Below the pieces are notes generated by a model. It saw only the letters and a program-made list of their open reading frames with translations, ran no database searches and was not told the origin of the DNA. Positions 21,201-29,750 of a DNA stretch of 64,000 nt are shown here, one piece after another; positions within the stretch are counted from its first letter, which is position 1; each line of letters opens with the position of its first letter. This DNA comes from Elusimicrobiota bacterium. Its GTDB lineage: Bacteria; Elusimicrobiota; Elusimicrobia; UBA1565. Where the stretch lies: contig JBDREN010000120.1 of the NCBI GenBank assembly GCA_043819795.1, positions 1 through 64,000 of the forward strand, in the 5' to 3' direction. The translations under genes and the position numbers were made by a program.

Positions 21201-24200
21201 TCAGCTTCACGCTGGAGGTATCGAAGAACACCTCGTTCTCCTCTCTGCAGTTCAGCCGGAGCGGCCTGACCGAAGGCCGGTACACCCTCGCCGGCACGGG
21301 CGGAGAGGAGCTCGAGCGCGGCAAGACCTACTACTGGCGCGTGAAAACGGTGCCCTTCGCGGGCGATCCCCTGGTCTCCTCCGCCCGAAGCCTGAAGGTG
21401 CGCTTGAACACGATCACCTACGACCTGGAGGTCGACGACGAGGCCTCGTTCTCCCCGCCGCTGACCTTCGCGAGGACTCTGGCTTCCGCCGACCCCATGG
21501 CCGCGACGCCTAGCGAGGTCGCGCTGACCGATGAGGAGCGCCTGGCCAACGACGCGGTCCTCTTCTGGAGGGTGAAGGCCGCCGACGCCGCCGGCAACGC
21601 CTCCGGAGGCGGCCCGGCGCGCTCCTTCACCGTGATCAGCGCCCTCCCGGCGGCCGCGCTGCTCGCTCCCTGGAACGGCTCGACCCCGTTCACCCGGACG
21701 CCGCTCATGGACTGGGAGGACGTGCCGGCGGCGAACCAATACACGGTGACCGTATCCACGGAACCGGACCTGGAGCCGGCCCTGTTCACGCGGAACTCCG
21801 GCTCGTCGCAGTACCAGGTCGCCTCCGGCGACGACTTTGCGGACGGGACCGTCTACTATTGGAGCGTCAAGGCGACCGACGGGGGGCGGGTCAGCTTCTC
21901 CGAGACCTGGAGCTTCACGCCCGTCACGCTGGCCCCGGCCGCGCTGCTGTATCCCCCGGACGGCCGGCTCACATCCGACCGCACCCCGTCGCTGCAGTGG
22001 AGCATGCCCGGCAACATGACCGGGCTCAGCTTCACGCTGGAGGTGTCGAAGAACTCCTCGTTCTCCTCTTTGCAGTTCAGCCAGCCCGGCATATCCACGG
22101 GCGCCTATACCCTGACCGGCGAGACGCCTCAGCGCCTGGACCGCGGGATGACGTATTACTGGCGGGTGAAGACGGTCGACCCGGGAGGCCAAGAGATCGT
22201 TTCGGGATACAGGACCCTCAAGGTGCGCTTGGATACGATCACCTACGACCTGGAGGTGAGCGACAACGAGACGTTCACCCCGCCGCTCATCGTGGCGAAG
22301 ACCCTCTCCTCCGGCGACCCCATGGTCGCGACGCCAAGCGAGTTCACGCTGAGCGCCGAGGAACGCCTGAGCAACGACGCAGTCCTGTTCTGGAGGGTGA
22401 AAGTCGCCGATTCCGCCGGGAACGCCCCGGCCTTCTTCCTGGCGAGGAAGTTCACGGTCATCGCCCCGCTGCCCACGGCCGCGCTGCTCGTTCCGCCGGA
22501 CGTGTCCACCTCCGTGACCCGGACGCCGCTCATGGACTGGACGGACGTCGCCGGCGCGTCGAACTACGCGGTGACGATATCCACGGACCCGGGCCTGCAG
22601 CCCGCCCTGTTCACGCGCAATTCTGGCTCCTCCCAATACCAGACCACCTCCAGCGACAACCTCCAGGACCTGACCTCGTACTATTGGCAGGTGAAGGCCT
22701 CCGGGGGAGGCCGGGACAGCTTCTCCGCGACGCGGAGCTTCATCATCCAGTCCCTGGCGCCGGCGACGCTGCTCTACCCGCCGGACGGCCGCCTCACCTC
22801 GGACAAGACGCCTTCGCTGCGGTGGAGCGTCCCCGAGGACCTGACGGGGCTGAGCTTCACGCTGGAGGTGTCGAAGAACTCCTCGTTCTCCTCCCTGCAG
22901 TTCAGCCAGCCCGGGATATCCTCGGGCACGTATACCCTGACCGGCGACACGCCTCAGCGCCTGGACCGCGGGAAGACGTACTATTGGCGGGTCAGGACGA
23001 TCGATGAGCGGGGCCAGCAGCTGACCTCCGGCTCGAGGAGCCTGAGGGTGGGCCTCAACCAGATCGCGTATCGTCTCCAGGTCTCGGGCCTTTCCGATTT
23101 CTCCGCCCTCCTCATCGATGAGCCGGTGGCGCCCTCCGCGGACCCCCTGGTCGAGACGCCGTCCTTGTACGCGGTCCCCGCCTTCCAGGTCCTGGAGAAC
23201 CGCAAGACCCATTACTGGCGGGTGGGGGCCCGCGACGCGGGTGGCAACGAGGCCTTGCTCAGCCCCGCGCGCAAGTTCAAGGTCGACGACCCGGACCCGG
23301 GGCCGATCCTGCTCGACCCCGACGACGACGCCCGGCTCCTGAGCGCCACGCCCTTCACGGACTGGACCGACGTGATCGGGGTGGACAGCTACGAGTTCCT
23401 GGTCGCCCGCGACGCGGGCTTCGCCTCCCCGGTCGTGACGCAGAACGTGGTGGTCTCCATGACCCGGGTCCGCACCGTGGACAACCTGCAGCTCGACACG
23501 CGCTACTTCTGGAAGGTGTCGGCCCTGAGCCAGGGGACGACCACCTATTACCCGACCCGGAGCTTCATCGTCACCGAGGACATCCCCAACGAGCGGCCCG
23601 TGGCCGTGGCCGACTCGACCTCCACGCTCGAGGATGTCCCCTTCCCGATCTTCGTGCTGGCCAACGACTTCGACCCGGAGGGCGACCCGCTCGTGGTCGC
23701 GGAGCACACCCAGGCCTCGCACGGGACGCTCCAGCTCAGCCTCGGCGCCACCGTCGTGTTCTACACTCCGGATGAGGACTTCTACGGGAGCGATTCCTTC
23801 ACCTACCGGGCCTCCGACAGCGACTTGGTCTCCACGAACACGGTCACGGTCTCGATCACGATCGAGGCGGTCAACGACGCCCCCGTGGCGGTGGCGGACT
23901 CGGCCACCACCGCCGAGGACACCGCTGTCTCCATCGACGTCCTGGCCAACGACTCCGACATCGACAGCCCGGAGCTCTCCATAGCGGAGGTCTCCGACCC
24001 GCCCAACGGCTCGGCGTCCCTGCAGGACGGGGCGATCCTGTACACGCCGGACCTGAACTTCTTCGGAACGGACGAATTCACGTGCACGATCACGGACGGT
24101 GAACTCACCGCCGCGGCGGATGTCACCGTGACGGTGACGCCGGTCAACGACGCCCCGGTGGCGGTGGACGACTCGACGACGACCCCCGGCTTCGACCCGT

Positions 24201-27200
24201 ACGAGATCGAGGTCCTGCTCAACGACGTCGATGTCGAAGGGGACGCGCTCGCGGTCCACTCCTTCACGCCGCCCACCAGCGGCAGCCTCGAGCTGAGCCC
24301 CGACGACAAGGTCTTCACCTTCACCCGGGACCCGGGCTTCAACGGGACCGTGTTCTTCACCTACACGGCGACGGACCAGGCGCTCGAGTCCACGAACACG
24401 GCGACCGTCTCCGTCTTCGGGACGAACAAGCCCGCCGCGGTGGACGCGGGCGCGGACCAGGAGATCGGCGAAGGGCAGTCCGTCAGCCTGCCCCCGGCCA
24501 CCTTCACCGACGTCGACATCGAGACCCACACGGCCGTCATCGACTGGGGCGACGAGACCGTGGAGGCGGGCGAGCTCGACGAGGAGGCGGGGACCGTCTC
24601 GGGCTCGCATCCGTATCCCGATGACGGGACGTTCACCGTCACCGTGACGGTCCGGGACGCGGCGGGCAACGAGGGCTCCGACAGCTTCGAGGTCACGGTC
24701 AACAACGTGGCGCCCGCGGTGGAGGCGGGCGCGGACCGGACGATCGACGAGGGCTCCGTATTCGCCGGCTCCGGGTCATTCACCGATCCCGGCGCGGATA
24801 CGTGGACCGCCACGGTGGACTACGGCGACGGCGGCGACCCCGAAGCGCTGGAGCTGGACCCGGACAAGACCTTCGCGCTCGAGCATCCCTACAGGAACCA
24901 GGGCGAGTACACGGTCACGGTGAGGGTCGAGGACGACGAGGAGGCCGCGGGCGAAGGCGCCCTGACGGTGACCGTGCTCAACGTCGTCCCCACCCCGAAC
25001 GCCGGCGGGCCCTACGAGATCGACGAAATGACGGCGCTCACCCTCGTCGGCTCCGCCACCGATCCCGGCCCGGACGACACCCTCGCCTTCGCCTGGGACC
25101 TGGACGGCGACGGGGAGTTCGACGACGCGGCCGGGGCGGGCCCCGAGCTCTCCTGGGCGGAGTTGCAGGCCCTGGGCCTGGGCGTCGCGCCGGAGACCTT
25201 CAACACCCCCCTGCCCATCGCCTTGAGCGTCGCCGACGACGAGACGTCTGCGACCGCGGCGACCACGCTCACGATCCTCGACCGCACGCCGCCCACACCA
25301 CCGGGCGATGTCGTCGCCGGGGAGACCCCGAACAACACGGGGGACGTCACCGTGACCTGGACCGCGGCGGCGGACCCCGGCGGCTCGGGAGTCGAGGACT
25401 ATCTCGTGCTCCGCAAAGACGGCGAGGACGACTTCGAGCGGATTGCGACCGTCCCGAAGGGCACGCTCGAGATCGAGGAAACGTCCCTCCCGGATGGCGC
25501 GTACACCTACCGGATCGTGGCGCGCGACCGGGCGGGCAACGAGTCCGAGCCGGCCGACTCGAACCCCGTCCTCGTCGACAAGACCGCGCCCACCATCACG
25601 GCGATCCTGGCCCCCCCGCCGAACCCGGCCGGGTGGAACAACAGCGACGTGACGATCTTCTTCAACTGCGCCGATGAGCCCGGCGGCTCGGGGCTGGCCC
25701 CGGACGCCTGCCCGGCCGCGAGGACGGTCACCGGCCAAGGCGCGGACCAGGACGACACCGCCGGCGTGAGCGACCTGGCCGGCAATACGGGGACGGTCGA
25801 GTATGCCGTCAGCCTCGACAAGGAATCCCCCTCCGTCCTGATCACGGCGCCGTCGGGCGGCCAGTATGTGGCCACGCGCGATCCCATCAGGATCGACTTC
25901 ACTCTCACCGACAACCTCGACCCCGCCCCGGCGTTCACGGCCACGCTGGAGCTCCGCGCGGCGGGGACCGGGGCCCCGGGCAAGCCGACCCGGCGCACGG
26001 TGGAGAACGGCGAGACGCTGGAGCCCCTGGACCTCGCGGCCGGCCTATGGCGCCTGACGGTGAGCGCGACCGACCAGGCGGACAACCCCGCGCTCGCGAT
26101 CGGCGCGGAGTTCGAGATCATCCACGATATCATGGAGCCTCGCACGACGGTGAGCGTGGCGGAGCCGAGGTATCCTGACGCTACGGAGCCTGAGCCGGCG
26201 GTGATCTACCTGACGGGAACGACGGATGTGACGGCGAGCTCGATAGACGACCTTGTGGCGGTGGACGGTCTAGGGCTCGGAGTGGCGACGCAGACGATCA
26301 CGGTGGGCGGAAACCCGCGCTTCGAGTACGTGAACCCGGCGCCGGCGATCGGACAGACGTACGCCAACACGTTCACGCTGAGCGACACCGACGGCCCGCT
26401 GGCGCTCTTGGCGGAGGCCGTGGACACCTTGGGCAACGCGGAAACGGGCGTTCCGGTGAGCCTGCACGTAGACAACACGGCGCCCGTGATGGACCGCGGT
26501 TTCAGCGCGGAGCCGGTGGTGCGCGAGCCCAAGAACGAGGAGTGGTTCGCGGCGGACTTCGAGATCATCTGGTCGGCGGGGGACGGGATGGGGTCGGGGG
26601 TGGCGCATCTCGACGGGCCGACGCCGGTGACGGCGGAGGCGGCGGGGGCGGATTACACGGGCCGGTCGGTGGACAACGTGGACAACGAGCGGACGCTGAC
26701 GGTGCGCGTGAACCTGGACAAGACGGCGCCGGTGGTGAACGCGGGCGCGGACTCCACTGTTGAGGAGGGCGCGGAGCTGGTCTTCTCGGCGACGGTGACG
26801 GACAACCTGGACGCGGCGGTGGTGTACGGCTGGACGTTCGGCGACGGCGGGATCGCGGGCCGGGAGCTGACGCCTGCGCACGCGTATCTGGACGAGGGGA
26901 CCTACGAGGTCACGCTGACGGCGACCGACCACGCGGCGCACCCCGCCTCGGACTCGCTGACGGTAACGGTGACGAACTCCGCGCCGATCGTGACGGCCGG
27001 CCCGGACCGGAGCACGAAGGAAGGGTCGCTCGTGGGCATCAGCGCGACGTTCACGGACGCGGGCATCCTGGACACCCATGCGGCGGAGGTGGACTGGGGC
27101 GACGGGACGACGTCGCCGGCGAGCCTGACGGAGACGGACGGTTCGGGCAGCCTGAGCGCGGAGCACGTGTACGCCGACGACCGTGTGTACGCGGTGAAGA

Positions 27201-29638
27201 TCACGGTGACCGACGACGACGGTGACGCGGGGGAGGCGACGCTGGCGGTCGCGGTGGAGAACGTTCGGCCCACGATCGAGGCGGGCGCTGATCAGACCGT
27301 GGACGAGGGCGCGCCCATCAGCCTGGCGCCGTCGACGTTCCGCGACCAGGGCGCGTTGGACACGCATACCGCCACCATAGATTGGGGCGACGACACGGGC
27401 GTGCAGGCGGCCGCCGTGACCCAATCGCCGTTCGGCCCGCCGGGCGACACGGCGGGCCAGGGCGGGACGATAGCCGCCTCGCATGTCTACGCGGACAACG
27501 ACGCCTACACGGTGACTGTGTGCGTCAAAGACGACGATGATGCCGAGAAGTGCGACACCCTGACCGCGAGCGTGAATAATGTGGCCCCGACCATGGAGGC
27601 GGTCACGGACAAGATCGCGGCGGCGGACGGGCGCCTGATCGTGGGCGGCGGGATCCCGGTGCGGAGCATGGATGTCTGGCGGCTTGGGCAGAGCGGCCTG
27701 CAGAGCGTCGTGATCGGACCGGACGAGCCTGTGGCCGCTCCGCCGATCGAGTTCCACGACCAAGGCACGCTGGACACGCACGGCGTGCTGATCGAGTGGG
27801 GCGACACCACGTCCGACGCGGCGACAGTGACCGAGTCGCCGTTCGGACCTCCGGGCTCGACGGGAGGCGCGGACGGGTCCGCGGTGGCGCCGCATCAGTA
27901 TACGGCGAACGGATACTATCCGCTCAAGGCGACGGTGACCGACGACGACGGCGGCCAGACGGACGACGGGTACCTGGTGACGGTGGATGTGGAGCCGCCG
28001 GTTACGACGATCTCGCACAGCGGGAACGTGAGCATGGGGGCGGGGACCCCGGCGCAGGTTTCGGTGTTCCTGGACGCGGGCGCGATGAACGCGCTGAGCG
28101 CGACGGACCCCATGATCAACGGGATCGCCTTCGGCGCGCAGTGGACCTTCCGCAGAGACCTGTCGTTCGAGGGCTCGAACTCGACGTACACGGTGCATGA
28201 GGTGGCGTTCAACCTGGCGGAGGAAGGGGTGCACACCCTCGAGTACTTCAGCGTGGATAGGCGGGGAAACGAGGAGACGCACAAGCTCATCACGATCGGG
28301 GTGGACCATACGCCTCCCATCCCGGCGCTGGCGGTGGGCGATCCGCATTTCATCCGGTTCGGGCTGACCATCATCGAGCCGGAGACGCCGATCATCCTGT
28401 CGGCGGAGGACCCGGTGACTTCCGACGTCGCTTCGGGATTGGACCGGATCACGTACCGGATCGACGGCGGGGAGCTCCTGACCTACGCGGAGCCGTTCAC
28501 GCTGGATGAGGGGACGCACGTCATCGACTACGGCGCGGTGGACAAGGTCGAGAACGAGGCGCGCGAGACGTTCACGGTGGCGGTGGCGGCGTTCCAAGTG
28601 ACGGGAGTGGAGCGGGTGGACGGGACCGGGAGCTCGGACATCAAGGGCTTGCTGCGGTCGAACGGCCTGGTGGACCTAGGCGGGTCGAGCCGCGTGGACG
28701 GGGACGTGATCGCGGGGAACGTGACGCTGAAGGGCAAGGCGGAGGTGACGGGCACGATCACGGAGGGCGCGTCGCCGGTGCAGGCCGAGCCGATCGACCT
28801 GGAGTTGGCGGAGAGCCTGGCCTTGGCGATCAGCGCGACGTCGACGATCCCCGATGAGTTCATGTCGGGCGGAGAGATCGTTGTGAACTCGGGGCGGACG
28901 CTGACGCTGGCGACGGGGACCTACGTGGTCGAGGGTCTGCGTATCGCCGGCGGCGGCTCGATCGAGACGGCCGGCGCGGTGAACATCCTGGTGCGGGGCG
29001 AGGTTCGGGTGACCGGAGGCGGGAGCTTGAACGCGGCGGGCCACGCCTCGGAGCTGGCGGTGTTCACGAACACGTCGCAGCCGACGCACTTCTCGGGCGG
29101 GGCGCTGGTGGTGGGGATATTCTACGGACCTCGGGGCGAGCTGCAGGTCGCGGGCAACACGCGAGTGGGCGGACATCTGTTCGCGAAGACCGCGAAGTTC
29201 TCCGGGACGGCGAACGTGGTGGGGATCGGGGAGAGCCTGCCAGAGGAGCTGGAGGATCCGAACGGCGGCAAGGGCGGCAAGACGGCCGGATCGGGGTCCG
29301 CCGCTCTCTCCGGGACGGCCGACCCGGGCTTCGCGTTGCGCGCGGCCTACGTGTTCCCGAACCCGGCGGTGGGCGGCGCGAGGCCGACCGTCCACATCGC
29401 GGTCGGGATCGCCGACAAGGTGACGCTGCGCATCTATAACGTCGCGGGCCAGCAGGCGCATCAGGTCACGCTGGAGGGGACGCCTCCCGTTATCGACGAC
29501 GGTAGCGGGTCGAAGTTCGCCTACGAATACACCTGGGACGGACACATCCCCAGCGGCGTCTATCTCTACACCTTCGTCGCGGAGAAGGCCGGAGAGTCCG
29601 GCATCCGGCGAGCGGGCAAGTTCGCCGTCATCCGCTGA
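18251..29638 (+). CDS. Giant secreted multi-Ig protein, 3795 aa
   Basis: Signal peptide; 19 FN3-like cores; three Big_9/cadherin-like units (PVAVAD..LAND); several PKD units (IDWGD, Y.D.G.Y); OmpL47-like units; a Gly-rich beta-helix-like region; C-terminal YVFPNP...SGVYLY Ig domain. Confidence 0.93.
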   Translation: MMRRSSAILAGLLATVLCARAWAVPDSPALEFPVDGRLTSDRTPSFDWADVPGASLYRLEVSLNSGFTSIVQSISGITESRYTLTGPSPYGLERGKTYYWRVIAKDETGESPPSGGRSLKLRLNTITYDFELSDNEAFAPPLVAARTLSSEDPMVATASEVTLTDEERLPNDALLFWRVRAIDSSGNVPAFVATRKFTTIEPLDPAALLLPADGSKPITPTPLLDWADVPAATQYTVTVSTDPGLEPALFTRNSGSSQYQAVSGDNLQDQATYYWRVKAADAGRISLSDTRSFMINSLDPAALLFPADRRRTSDRTPSLQWSVPPDMTGLSFTLEMAVNSSFSSLQFTRSGLVTGAYTLAGAGGELLERGKTYYWRVKTIDPGGQVVTSASRRLLVVHDTITYDLEIADEDSFSPPLIFARTLASDDPMVPTTSEVTLSEAERLPNDALLFWRVRAVDSAGNAPAFVLTRKFTVVTAPPVAVLLSPAEGARPITPTPLLDWTDVPGATQYTVTVSTEPGLEPALFTRNSGASQYQVASSDNLQDGIAYFWSVKTTIGIRTSYSETRSFTIAALEPAELLFPADRRLTSDRTPTLQWSMPQDMTGLSFTLEVALNSSFSSMLFTKTGLSTGTYTLTGDLPERFERGKTYYWRVKTIDAGGQILTSLTRKLQVRLNTYTFTLEVDDELPMAPPFVFTRTVTSDDPMVPTTDKITLAPEEALPYGAVLYWRVRAIDAAGNESVRAPESKFTVVDRLEAAILLNPYDGARSYTRTPLMDWTDVPSATDYTVSFSFNDAMDPVLFSRNTGASQYQTASGDSLQDLTTYYWQVDASGEGQTSSSAIQRFFVRLSDLSAPEFLLPENGATVRTRTPLLDWSDVADATSYTVFFSSKEALEPLLVNPSITVSEFQITEGDNLENGTTYYWRVESRTAGGEFAISPIQSFLVQEIVVVLPPGPVDPLYPPDGRLTSDRTPSLEWSPHEDMSGLSFTLEVSKNTSFSSLQFSRSGLTEGRYTLAGTGGEELERGKTYYWRVKTVPFAGDPLVSSARSLKVRLNTITYDLEVDDEASFSPPLTFARTLASADPMAATPSEVALTDEERLANDAVLFWRVKAADAAGNASGGGPARSFTVISALPAAALLAPWNGSTPFTRTPLMDWEDVPAANQYTVTVSTEPDLEPALFTRNSGSSQYQVASGDDFADGTVYYWSVKATDGGRVSFSETWSFTPVTLAPAALLYPPDGRLTSDRTPSLQWSMPGNMTGLSFTLEVSKNSSFSSLQFSQPGISTGAYTLTGETPQRLDRGMTYYWRVKTVDPGGQEIVSGYRTLKVRLDTITYDLEVSDNETFTPPLIVAKTLSSGDPMVATPSEFTLSAEERLSNDAVLFWRVKVADSAGNAPAFFLARKFTVIAPLPTAALLVPPDVSTSVTRTPLMDWTDVAGASNYAVTISTDPGLQPALFTRNSGSSQYQTTSSDNLQDLTSYYWQVKASGGGRDSFSATRSFIIQSLAPATLLYPPDGRLTSDKTPSLRWSVPEDLTGLSFTLEVSKNSSFSSLQFSQPGISSGTYTLTGDTPQRLDRGKTYYWRVRTIDERGQQLTSGSRSLRVGLNQIAYRLQVSGLSDFSALLIDEPVAPSADPLVETPSLYAVPAFQVLENRKTHYWRVGARDAGGNEALLSPARKFKVDDPDPGPILLDPDDDARLLSATPFTDWTDVIGVDSYEFLVARDAGFASPVVTQNVVVSMTRVRTVDNLQLDTRYFWKVSALSQGTTTYYPTRSFIVTEDIPNERPVAVADSTSTLEDVPFPIFVLANDFDPEGDPLVVAEHTQASHGTLQLSLGATVVFYTPDEDFYGSDSFTYRASDSDLVSTNTVTVSITIEAVNDAPVAVADSATTAEDTAVSIDVLANDSDIDSPELSIAEVSDPPNGSASLQDGAILYTPDLNFFGTDEFTCTITDGELTAAADVTVTVTPVNDAPVAVDDSTTTPGFDPYEIEVLLNDVDVEGDALAVHSFTPPTSGSLELSPDDKVFTFTRDPGFNGTVFFTYTATDQALESTNTATVSVFGTNKPAAVDAGADQEIGEGQSVSLPPATFTDVDIETHTAVIDWGDETVEAGELDEEAGTVSGSHPYPDDGTFTVTVTVRDAAGNEGSDSFEVTVNNVAPAVEAGADRTIDEGSVFAGSGSFTDPGADTWTATVDYGDGGDPEALELDPDKTFALEHPYRNQGEYTVTVRVEDDEEAAGEGALTVTVLNVVPTPNAGGPYEIDEMTALTLVGSATDPGPDDTLAFAWDLDGDGEFDDAAGAGPELSWAELQALGLGVAPETFNTPLPIALSVADDETSATAATTLTILDRTPPTPPGDVVAGETPNNTGDVTVTWTAAADPGGSGVEDYLVLRKDGEDDFERIATVPKGTLEIEETSLPDGAYTYRIVARDRAGNESEPADSNPVLVDKTAPTITAILAPPPNPAGWNNSDVTIFFNCADEPGGSGLAPDACPAARTVTGQGADQDDTAGVSDLAGNTGTVEYAVSLDKESPSVLITAPSGGQYVATRDPIRIDFTLTDNLDPAPAFTATLELRAAGTGAPGKPTRRTVENGETLEPLDLAAGLWRLTVSATDQADNPALAIGAEFEIIHDIMEPRTTVSVAEPRYPDATEPEPAVIYLTGTTDVTASSIDDLVAVDGLGLGVATQTITVGGNPRFEYVNPAPAIGQTYANTFTLSDTDGPLALLAEAVDTLGNAETGVPVSLHVDNTAPVMDRGFSAEPVVREPKNEEWFAADFEIIWSAGDGMGSGVAHLDGPTPVTAEAAGADYTGRSVDNVDNERTLTVRVNLDKTAPVVNAGADSTVEEGAELVFSATVTDNLDAAVVYGWTFGDGGIAGRELTPAHAYLDEGTYEVTLTATDHAAHPASDSLTVTVTNSAPIVTAGPDRSTKEGSLVGISATFTDAGILDTHAAEVDWGDGTTSPASLTETDGSGSLSAEHVYADDRVYAVKITVTDDDGDAGEATLAVAVENVRPTIEAGADQTVDEGAPISLAPSTFRDQGALDTHTATIDWGDDTGVQAAAVTQSPFGPPGDTAGQGGTIAASHVYADNDAYTVTVCVKDDDDAEKCDTLTASVNNVAPTMEAVTDKIAAADGRLIVGGGIPVRSMDVWRLGQSGLQSVVIGPDEPVAAPPIEFHDQGTLDTHGVLIEWGDTTSDAATVTESPFGPPGSTGGADGSAVAPHQYTANGYYPLKATVTDDDGGQTDDGYLVTVDVEPPVTTISHSGNVSMGAGTPAQVSVFLDAGAMNALSATDPMINGIAFGAQWTFRRDLSFEGSNSTYTVHEVAFNLAEEGVHTLEYFSVDRRGNEETHKLITIGVDHTPPIPALAVGDPHFIRFGLTIIEPETPIILSAEDPVTSDVASGLDRITYRIDGGELLTYAEPFTLDEGTHVIDYGAVDKVENEARETFTVAVAAFQVTGVERVDGTGSSDIKGLLRSNGLVDLGGSSRVDGDVIAGNVTLKGKAEVTGTITEGASPVQAEPIDLELAESLALAISATSTIPDEFMSGGEIVVNSGRTLTLATGTYVVEGLRIAGGGSIETAGAVNILVRGEVRVTGGGSLNAAGHASELAVFTNTSQPTHFSGGALVVGIFYGPRGELQVAGNTRVGGHLFAKTAKFSGTANVVGIGESLPEELEDPNGGKGGKTAGSGSAALSGTADPGFALRAAYVFPNPAVGGARPTVHIAVGIADKVTLRIYNVAGQQAHQVTLEGTPPVIDDGSGSKFAYEYTWDGHIPSGVYLYTFVAEKAGESGIRRAGKFAVIR

Positions 29639-29750
29639 CGGCGCCTCGATCGACCTTCCTTCCGAATGACAAGACGATAGACCCGTGTCCGGGCTCCGCT
29701 GGGGCCCTGTCCTTGACTTTCGGGAGGCTTTTGGGGCAGACTACCCGTGC

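Noticed and set aside
18300..23590. CRISPR array or DGR template/variable repeats
   Set aside because: The repeats are in-frame protein domain repeats. There are no spacers, cas genes or reverse transcriptase, and no adenine-specific mismatch pattern was apparent.
20687..28597. Very long antisense ORFs (1307 aa, 775 aa) and many similar shadow ORFs across the window
   Set aside because: They lie opposite clear genes, are Arg/Gly/Val-rich with no motifs, and are expected from high GC3 codon bias.
29707..29742. Fourth copy of the regulon promoter upstream of dmpA (ctgtcc-TTGACT)
   Set aside because: It has TGTCC next to a -35 box but lacks both GTCAG/CTGAC boxes and the AT-rich spacer.
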